A stretch of 64,000 nucleotides of DNA from Eledone cirrhosa (taxonomy: Eukaryota): NCBI GenBank assembly GCA_964016885.1, contig OZ024741.1, positions 181,102,001-181,166,000 of the forward strand, in the 5' to 3' direction. Position 1 is the stretch's first letter. Every line of letters begins with the position of its first letter. The notes below the pieces were generated by a model. It did no database searches and was not told where the DNA came from. It worked only from the letters and a program-made list of their open reading frames with translations. Shown one piece after another: positions 53,158-64,000 of the stretch. A program made the position numbers and the translations under genes.

Positions 53158-56100
53158 ATCGACTCCATTTATTTAACGATCTCTAAAGGTAAAGTTGGCC
53201 ACGGTGGCATTTGAACTCAGAGGAGTGAGCGGGGACGTATACTGTGACATTTTTAATCCGACGTCCTAATGACTGCCAATTCGTGCCTGAACTCATAATT
53301 GTTTCTACTTTTTGGCACAAGACTAGCAATTATCCCAGTGTATTACTGGTAATTTATTTTATCGACCCCGTAAGGATGAAAGGCAAAGTTAACTTCGGCT
53401 GGATTTGAACTCAGTCTGTAAAGGGACGTAACTGTGCTGCAAAGCATGGCGTCCGACCCTCTACCGATACTGCCAATCCACCGCCCTAACACTGCCTTAA
53501 CTCATAATGGTTTCTGATTTAGGTTAAGAATTTGAAGGGGAGGAGAAAGTCGATTAAATCGACCCCAGTGCATTACTGGTACTTTAATTTATTGACCCCG
53601 TAAGGATGAAAGGCAAAGCTAACCTCGGCGGGATTTAAACTCAGAACGTAAAGGGCCATAACAATATGCCGCTAAGCTTGTTGTCCGACGCTCTACCGAT
53701 ACTGCCAATCCACCACCCCGATACCTTAACTCCTAATAACAGGAATTTCTCATAGCTAAATGAAATGAAACTTCTAGAAAAGAACGTTTTTCTTTGTTCT
53801 ATTTGAAGAACTGTTAAACTGATCTAGAGCTATTCTGATCTAGAGCGGAACCAAGTTGGTGCTGATTTCACCTCCTACTGCTACTGGCCTTTGGACAAGA
53901 CACGTCGATTCCCTTGAGTGGCCGCCTCTCCGCTTCATATATGATAAAATCGTATGTGGCACCGTCGTGACATATAGTGTGTCTTAGTTATTTCAAACAT
54001 GGTGGAGCCCATGCTGAAAAAGAGATATATGCCCCTTACAGTTTTGAACACAGCCAATTTCATCCAGAGAATGAGAGATAGGTGAGGAAGAGAAAGGAAA
54101 TGAAAAAGATATATAGAAAAAGAATTTACCCAAACACTAGATCCAGACTCGTTTTATCGATCTTGAAAGGATGAAAGGCAAAGTTGACCTCGGTGAAATT
54201 TAAACTCAGAGAATACAAAGAACAAGAATGATTACCGTAAAATATTTTCTCTGACGCTCTAAAGCAAGCATGGGCAACCTTTTTCGAGAAGCGGGCCGCA
54301 TGAGATGTGACTCATCATCAGGCGGGTCGCAGGCGCTAATTTACATTCGTACCCACATTTAAAAAAAAAAGGTGGTAACTCAGGCTGTTTTGATTTGTTT
54401 CTTCAGAATTCGTACATGTTTTCCTCGACCGTAAGAATGATAAAAAGATGAATTACGACTGAAAAGTTGTGGTTAAAAAAAGTTAGGGTTCCATATATAT
54501 ATAATGGTTTCTTATATAGGCACAAGGCCAGCAATTTTTTTTTTGGGGGGGGGGAGGGGAAAGTCGATTGAATCGACCCCAGTGCATGACTGGTACTTTA
54601 TTTTATCGACCCTGTAAGGAAGAAAGGCAAAGCTAACGTCGGCGAGATTTGAACTCAGATCATAAAGGGCCGTAACTTTATGCTGCATGGCATCCGACCC
54701 TCTACCGATACTGCCAATCCACCGCCCTGGTTCCATATATATAATACTGGCATAAAGGCATAAGATTGAGTGGAGGAATTAGTCAATTAAATCAAACCAG
54801 TACGGGACTGGTACTTTATTTGATCGATTTTGGCAAAACTGACCTGAGCGCTATTCGAATTTTGATTCATAATAACCGTTGTTTTTTTAAAATTATAAAG
54901 TCAAATGAATAAATTAGAAACAAATTTATGTATATTTTTATATTAACGTTACCATTTTATTTAAAAGTGTCCAAAGAAATTATTTAATGGTCAAATTGAT
55001 AAATGTTATGATTTTAAAACAGTTTTATTTTGATTCAAGGATTATGAAAATATTCAATAAACGGACCATATTCATATTTAATACATTGATTTTTGAAGAA
55101 TTCCTTTTTCTTTTTTTAAGTTATTCCGTATTGTAACAAAGCAGCAGCGTGTGTTAATCACATTGTCATTGGTGATAATATTATATGAAGACTTCAATTG
55201 TTTTTAATTATAGAAAAAAATTCATGCAGTCAAGTGTTCGAAAAATATTGCCCATGCCAAATCTAGAATGTAAAGTGTATTTACAAGGGCGTCAGTCAAT
55301 AATAATTGGCCACCATCGGTCATGACTGACCATGGGTTAGCACGTGGGAAGTTCCTTTCTAAGGTGCAAGCCTGACCAAGATGTTTTGTGGAAGACAAGT
55401 AATTGTTCATGTATTTGACATTCTCCTCTCCATGCCACCCATGTCTTCAAGAGAAAGGCGCCGATACAATTTGGTACCAGTGTCGTTGCAACTCATTTTT
55501 TCTAACCGAGTTAATTGAAACAACGCACCTCCCGATCTGAGAATCGATCTAACAATCGATCTCAGCACTTTAATCACGAGGTCACGCGTTGTTACCAGTT
55601 AAAAAGAATATATCGAATTTACGGAAAGCACAATTCTATAGAGTATGTATGTATGTATGTATGTATGTATGTATGTATGTATGTATGTATGTATGTATGT
55701 ACAGCCTGTCTCATGGTCGGGTCGTTGGCGACTAAACTGGCAACCCCACCAAGGTTTCTTGGTGAGGAGGGTGACTTTGGACATCCTGCAGGACTAAAAA
55801 CAAAACCTGTCAAAGGGCAAAGGAGCTCTTAAGAGTCAATGGCCATCCAAAATCACCGGGAGAGATGACCCCTTAGCCTTTGTCAAGGTAGAATTCTGGG
55901 AGAAGGAAGACTCTGATATAACACCTGCAACTCTGATGGTATCCAATGATGTTGACATGTTCTTCTATTTGGTAAATATCATCTTGGTTAAGAGAGTGGG
56001 ACTGGCTTTGTGCAGTGCCTTTGCTCACTATAAAAGCTTCACGGTACAGGCATTGCTTTATAGCTGGAGATCTCTCTGCACTTGACGTCACATGGTACCA

Positions 56101-56557
56101 TGGGCCCAGCACTATGTGTCAATAATTGTCACAAGTGTAGTACCAGAGTTTTCAAGTCGCTGGCTGGACTAAAAAGTCCCACTCGTTCAGCGCATCGGTA
56201 GGAGTTCTCCTACATGGATATAAAGTAGTGGCCGTACTCGAAAACGAGTTGGCAGCCACCATGTATGTATGTATGTATGTATGTATGTATGTATGTATGT
56301 ATGTATGTATGTATGTATGTATGTATGTATGTTCTGGTTTTATAATTTCACAAATTTTTGCCAATAGAGAGAGGGTCGGTTTCCAACATAGATACAAGAC
56401 TCTCTCATTGGAATTTATAATTTAACTGGGTAGATATGTATGCATGCATGTGTAGGTATGGATGTTATTGTGCGTGTGGATGTGTGTTTTAAGTTATATG
56501 TGTGTATGTGCATACACTTTGTATCTGTCCATGTATCTGTCCATGTGTATATGCAGT

Positions 56558-56745
56558 TATTAGATGCAAAATGTTTGGAATGTTTTACATATTTTTACTG
56601 TTCTATTAATGAATTGTAATTGTAATTTCCTAACTAGTTGTGTTTTTTCTGTTCTTGTGAAGCCCAGCTTCTCAAGATTTGTATTGAGGCAGTTACTAAC
56701 ATATCCCAGTGCCCCAATAACCACAGGCATAAACCTGAAGGTGTA
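56558..56745 (-). mobile_element. R4/Dong-like (RLE) retrotransposon extreme C-terminus within a microsatellite
   Basis: FMPVVIGALGYV...LQ....TVKICKTF motif. Confidence 0.65.
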
Positions 56746-56917
<172 letters not shown>

Positions 56918-57987
56918 TGTTTAATAGACATATCAATGAAAACAGCCTTTCGCATTGTATAAATGTGCTATTATAATTCTATTAACCTGCTACTATTCAT
57001 TGTTGGTTGCTTGGTCATGTTATGTCAACTGAAGAAACGTAGGATTAAGACTATCCCATAAGAGACTAGACACAGCTTTGAAAGATAGTCTACATGTACA
57101 AACGTTTACGCTCTTTGTTGGAGAGCGAGTAATATCTTTAGAAGAAAAGTTTAGTGAAAGAGACAAAGGAAACTTCTTAGGGAATTTTGTAACAAAGTAA
57201 AAATAGAACACTGCAGCTAAATATTTATCACCTGATTGTCAAAATGAATTAATTAATTGTTGTACTGATCAAGTTAGAAATATAATTCTAACAGAACGTG
57301 AGTCTGCAAAATAGTTCAGTATAATCTGTGGACGAAGCACCTGACTCGACACAAATAGAACAAACTGTTAATATTGGTTTCTGATTTAGACACAAGGCCA
57401 ACGATTTTGAAGGAGAGGTAAGTCGATTAAATCGACCCCAGTGCATTACTGGTACTTTATTTTATCGACCCCTAAGGATGAAAGGCAAAGGTAACCTTAG
57501 CGGGATTTGAACTCAGAACGTAAAAGGATGGAACAAATACCGTAAAGCAGGATTTGTACTCAGATCGTAAAGGGCCGTAACATTATACCATAAACCATGT
57601 TGTCTGACGCTCTACCGATGCTGCTAATCCACCGCCCTATAAACTATTAATATTCCAATTTGTTTATCTTTTCAATATGAAGTAACAGAAAGACTTCGTA
57701 GTTTTGATAATCTCCTTATAATATATAACCAGCAATTTCTCTGTCTGTCTGTCCGACAGTGGAAACACGTGCGCGCGTGGTTGCTATCTCTCTCTCTCCA
57801 GCTATCCCTCTCTTTTAGTCTGTCTGTTTCTCTCACTCTCACTCTTTCTCTTTGTAACACACTAACATTCCTCCCCTCTATCGCTGCGACGAATGGGGAG
57901 ATGGAGGAGGAGGAGAGAGTCACTTCGTCACTTCACTTCTGCCTTTCTTTCTCTCCCCTCTCACTCCCTAATTACGTACAGACATGA

Positions 57988-58180
57988 GGGCGGTGGATTG
58001 GCAGAATCTGTAGAGAGTCGGACACCATGCTTCATAGCATGGAGTTACGTCCCTTTACGGTCTGAGTTCAAATACCGCCGAGGTTAACTTTGCCTTTCAT
58101 CCTCACGGGGTCGATAAAATAAAGTACCAGTAATGTACTGGGTAATTGCTGGCCTTGTGCCAAAAGTAGAAACAATTATT
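57988..58180 (+). mobile_element. tRNA-derived SINE family A (other copies: 11380-11542, 23483-23630, 24262-24478, 30661-30850, 33396-33582, 44185-44262, 48375-48625, 48673-48860, 50120-50228, 53297-53490, 53505-53720, 54503-54728, 57372-57640)
   Basis: Pol III A/B boxes (tggcagtatcggtag, gagttcaaatcc) and conserved core gcctttcatccttacggggtcgataaaataaagtacc. Confidence 0.9.
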
Positions 58181-58474
58181 AGAAACATTGCTTCATTTTT
58201 ACATATCTAAGCATTAGTAAAATAACTAATAATTTCAAAAGTAATTTTTCAATTCCAATTGTTATGAACAGCAAAACATTAATAATAATTTTGTTCTAAG
58301 AAATATATATACATTTCTGTGTGTGTGTAATATATATATATATACACACACAGATATATATATATATACACACAGAAATATATATACATGTCTGTGTGTG
58401 TAATATATATATAGACTAGAACTGTTCCATTCTTGAGAAATCACCAGGAATATATATATATATATATATTGGTT

Positions 58475-58525
58475 AGTTTCAGAAGATCCCGTTAAGGGTG
58501 AAAGCAGCGATTCTTTGCTTAAACT
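58475..58525 (+). ncRNA. Hammerhead-like motif with CAGAAGA (U4A) core (copy at 63850-63900)
   Basis: agttt-CAGAAGA-tcccgttaagggt-GAAA-gca...tgc-TT-aaact; all three stems pair. Confidence 0.55.
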
Positions 58526-58864
58526 TTAATCTTTTATTTTAATAAATATATATATATTCATTTCTAATTACCATTTCTAATTACCTCATGTACTTTCTCC
58601 TCCGTTATATATATATTGTATGCCCTTTGTGTTTGTGTAGCCTCTGCACACCCTCTGCACCATACTATCGACGCCACCCCATCTATGGTTCAGCTAACCA
58701 CTCGACTCCCGGGAATGAATATGACCGCAGCTAGTAAACAAGGACCCACACCCCACCCCCCGCACCAAAATTAGACTTATCGTCCCCTACTTTTGCTCTT
58801 TACTCTCTTTACTCTTTGTTCTTGAATGTTTGGTTGGTAGAGTTCATAACACCAATCAAACCCC

Positions 58865-58925
58865 TTTTATAGCTCTGACGAATCCTACGGTTACGTAAGG
58901 AAGAAACATTATAAGCCAATAAAAA
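58865..58925 (+). ncRNA. Type I hammerhead ribozyme in a pLTR-like fragment (~58615-58962)
   Basis: tttatagct-CTGACGA-atcctacg gtta cgtaagga a-GAAA-catta-TA-agccaataaa; stem III imperfect. Confidence 0.6.
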
Positions 58926-59107
58926 TCTTTTGATGTTGTAGACGCTCTTGTGTTCTTTATCATATATATATATATATGCAAAAGTTTTATTTAAAATTGT
59001 TGGGTTACAACGAGTAAATATTTTATAACTGATATAAAAGCACTCAACAAGTTTTGGAGTATTTTACGATATTAAACAAATGGAAACTACATTTATAAAA
59101 CCATATT

Positions 59108-59173
59108 TATTTCATTATATATATTTCAGGGATATCATATTAAAAATATGGTATGCCCTCTTCAGACAAAATA
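59108..59173 (-). ncRNA. Type I hammerhead ribozyme in the 3' pLTR
   Basis: tattttgt-CTGAAGA-gggcataccatatt..aatatgatatccct-GAAA-tatata-TA-atgaaata. Confidence 0.8.
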
Positions 59174-59872
59174 CAATATATAAACAGTTTTATAAATAAA
59201 TTTGACATACCTTAAACAATTTTACAACTTCCATTTAAAAAGTTGTTATGGTAGTGAGAATGTTAAGGACAGTTAGAAAGAAAGACGGAGAAAAAAGAAA
59301 AAGAAGGAAGAAAAAAAGAAAAAGAAAGAGCGGAAGGTGAAGAAGATGAAGAAATGTATGTAAAGAGAAAAACACCAAATGAGAGATTTATGAGGGAAGA
59401 GGGTACTGTAATTATTTATTTATTTATTTATATTTAGTGTTAAGGATACGGGGAGAAATAAAAACAAAGATAAATAAGGAGAGGTAGATCGAGTAATATC
59501 TATTATACGAGGTGAGAGAGATAGGGAGGGGTGAGATACAGGAGATAGAGTTAAAGCAGCCGATACATAAGTCCCGTCAAGCGTAGAGGGGGGGGGGGAG
59601 GAGAGGAGATATACCTAGAAATAAAAATGATAGTTTTCAAATATTATGTTTCATCAGTCTATCAATTCCTATGAATTATAGTGTAAATATCAATATTCAT
59701 GAATGAGACACATATCAATAATGTGTGAAAAAATAATGACTATATGTTTAGTTTAAAAATTCTTAGGTTTACAATCAAAATCTGAGATAAAACTTCAAAA
59801 AAAATACTGAAATACATAAGTATATATGTATTTTCATGAAAAAAGAGAAAAAGAAAAAAAAGAAAAAAAAGA

Positions 59873-59904
<32 letters not shown>

Positions 59905-60598
59905 AAAAAAAGAGAAAAAAAGAGAAAAAGAAAAAAGAGAAAAAGAAAAAAGAGAAAGAGAAAGAGAGAAGGTTATCTCAAATTGACATTATAGACACAT
60001 GTGAGTTTACGTGATCAGCTCTGTAAATTTTTATTTCACATGAAAATCTTCATTGCGTTAAAAAAGATTTTACCATACATATATGTACATACATATATAT
60101 ATATACATAAAATATACATTATTAATAATAATAATATTCTTGCCCTCTCTTACATGATTATCGAACAGATATCAATATATTAAAATATTAAAAACGCCAA
60201 GAATATTTCACTCCCCAGAATATCTAGGGCCGTAATAAAGCACAGTGTGCCCCGCATATCAATCAGTCCTTCCAATTTACTTGACAATATATTGCCAAGT
60301 TCATTAGAAGCAATCAGAATCAGAAGCAAACAAAACCAAAATTATTCACCAAACTTATTTAGCAGAAATCTTTCAAAAAAACTTTAGGATACCCGGTTGT
60401 TCTACAGATGCTCTTATACTTATTATAGAAGTTTATCTAGCTTAAAAAATTTATTCAATAGATTGGGAGCATCTCCATTTTAAGGTAGTTTAATTACATT
60501 ATTAATTTTATACTCATGAAGAAGGTTTAAAGAATTGAAGGAATCGAAAGATTTATCGCCAAGTTTTCTAAAATAATTAAAAGTCTTAAGTAAATATA

Positions 60599-61990
60599 CT
60601 ACATTTTAAATTTATATTTATATTTAAAAGTTGAGTTCAATCTATGTCTGCAGCAACTGAATAAATTGGTCCGTAGATTAAGGGAATTTTTAGATTTTAG
60701 TATAAAGAATATCTCCTCCGCGCAGAGGTCACATGTCTCAGAGGAGGAGTTAAAAGGAATCCCTCTTGAGACTACATTCCAAACCATCGAATATCCAACG
60801 TTATCATGTTTAAGTTGCCAGAGTAAGCCTGATAGTGATGTTGAAGATTTGTGAAAGAATTCTTGTGATTATTATAGCGAAGTTTAAATTCTGTCGAGGT
60901 GGAACCAACATAATTAAAAGAATTTAAGTCAGTTTTAACATTACAGTTGTATATTATATTTTTAACTAAGCAATTGTTATTTAACGGGCATTTAGATCTA
61001 TCTCTACAGTTATAGTTGTTTACTTGAATATTGTTTATGCTATTATCGGTATTTTGGCTAGGTTTTAGATTTCTATTATTTATTCTATTAATATTTTGTG
61101 CTAAATTTTTGGTGGACGAGTAGGTTAATTTTATAGTATGTCTATTGAAAATTGAGTGGTACTTATGTGTTCTAGGGAATCGTTTGTCAAGAGCATTAAA
61201 AATAGTTTAGCGATGTGGGTTTTAATGTTTAGTGAGAAAGAGGGGGGGGGGGGGCAAACCAAATTATGTTTCTAGTTCTATTTCTTTTCTGGCTTTTGGA
61301 ATTATTGTAATTCTTTCTATTATAGTTGTTAAAGTTGTTACCGTAATTAAAATTGTTGTTATTTTGGTTAGTTTGTCTATTATTATCGATGTACATAATT
61401 TTATCACTATATCCTGCTCTAGCTAACGCTTCATTGTAATACTGGGCTTTTTGGTCGAAAATATTTTTATTAGATGAGATTCTAGAGATACGTTTTTGAA
61501 CAGAGTTCACTATAGTATTTTTAACAGATCTGGGGTGGTTGGAGTTAAAGTTGACATAATTCAAGTTTTCATTTAACTTGTGAAATGGATAGTGAAGACA
61601 TGTGTTGAGATTTAATGTTACATCTAGGAAATTGACTATTCTATGGTTATTCTCAATTTCTATTTTTAGATTAAGGTAATTAAACAATTGTATAATTTGT
61701 TTTCTTTTTCTATTTAGTTCAGAGTTATTATTTTCAATAAGTAAAAGCATGTCATCTCGATATAATCCTCCGGTAGCACCGGGTATTTTCCTATGCAGCG
61801 AATTAATTATAAATAGGCCCACAAGGTCTGTTACCTGAGCTGAGTCAGATGATCCCATAGTAATGTCAAAATTGCTATCTCTATCTGCCCTAGTCCATAG
61901 TTGGTTATTAAATTCTATCAATGTTTTCCTTGCCGATAGTATAATGTGCATTTCATTGCTAGTTAGGTCTGTATGTTTGAATGCATAATT
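60599..61990 (-). pseudogene. Penelope RT/GIY-YIG polyprotein remnant (frameshifted, 5'-truncated)
   Basis: ORF-track pieces 61229-61951 and 60599-60787 plus intervening frames. Confidence 0.88.
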
Positions 61991-62144
61991 TAGTGCCTTT
62001 TTTTTTTCTTCCTTCTTTTTCTTTTTTCTCCGTCTTTCTTTCTAACTGTCCTTAACATTCTCACTACCATAACAACTTTTTAAATGGAAGTTGTAAAATT
62101 TTTTAAGGTATGTCAAATTTATTTATAAAATTGTTTATATATTG

Positions 62145-62210
62145 TATTTTGTCTGAAGAGGGCATACCATATTTTTAATATGATATCCCTGAAATATATA
62201 TAATGAAATA
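62145..62210 (+). ncRNA. Type I hammerhead ribozyme in the inverted pLTR
   Basis: Inverted copy of 59108-59173. Confidence 0.8.
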
Positions 62211-62250
62211 AATATGGTTTTATAAATGTAGTTTCCATTTGTTTAATATC

Positions 62251-63211
<961 letters not shown>

Positions 63212-63399
63212 AAGAATTCATAAGTTTCCTAAAATATGTCTGTATGCTTAATTTTTCTTAAAAATTATAAACTGGTTCTTCCTATCAGAGATAATAATCT
63301 GATTTGAGAATAATGCATCTCAAAATATGAACATGGGTGTATATATATATATGTATGTGTGTGTGTGTCTGTATTTGTGTGTGTGTTAAATATATATCG

Positions 63400-63720
63400 A
63401 CTAGTAGAAAACCACCCACCGGGTGGTTTTCTGCTAGTCTATATATCTAAAACAGAGAATGTCTGTCTGTCTGTCAGCTCACTAAAACTCGAGAACCACC
63501 CAACCGATTGTTTTCAAACTTTACGCATGTAATACTTATGGTCCTGTGAGTGTTTTGAGAAAAGAATTTCAAATTTTCGATGCCCTAGGGACCGCATTAG
63601 GCGATTTAGCTGTCTCTCTCTATAATTCTTAGTCTTTCTTTTTTTAGATAGATACATAGATATAACGTTGCGCCCTTATAATATCTGTCTGTATGTCTGG
63701 CCGTCTGCATTACGACATTA
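63400..63720 (+). mobile_element. Helitron 5' fragment related to 3451-4354
   Basis: Reverse-complement similarity to 4070-4354; preceded by a CTAG...CTAG palindrome. Confidence 0.65.
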
Positions 63721-63730
63721 TGACGCTATA

Positions 63731-63763
<33 letters not shown>

Positions 63764-64000
63764 GTATATATAGTGTGTGTATATATGTATATATAGTGTG
63801 TAACGTTTTTCGAAATATTTACTTCTGCGTTCACAGATTGATTTTTTTTAGTTTCAGAAGATCCCGTTAAGGGTGAAAGCAGTGATTCTTTGCTTAAACT
63901 TTAATCTGTTATTTTAATATATATATATAATCATATATTCGTGTACAGATATTTTTGCATACACAATAACAAAATATAAACAAACGTATTTATTTTACGA

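Overview
AT-rich, microsatellite-dense animal DNA. The SINE families and repeat landscape point to a cephalopod (Octopus-like) genome, which is inference. One protein-coding gene is well supported and is missed by the ORF track: a 5-coding-exon, minus-strand spermidine/spermine (diamine) N-acetyltransferase (SSAT, SAT1/SAT2-family GNAT) gene at 35445->9272, 171 aa, all introns GT-AG. Its catalytic Tyr and part of the acetyl-CoA motif are substituted, and two tiny uORFs sit just before the ATG. The rest is transposon-derived: tRNA-SINEs, RTE/CR1/CRE/R4-type LINE fragments, mariners, TTAA, hAT and pogo-like MITEs, Helitrons and Penelope-like elements (PLEs). The main unannotated signal is about 15 type I hammerhead ribozyme (HHR) motifs from several repeat families. 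They lie in fold-back palindromes, PLE pseudo-LTRs and a ~315-bp tandem array, mostly next to (TA)n tracts, and include non-canonical cores (compensatory U3-A8; U4A). All folds and alignments were done by eye.
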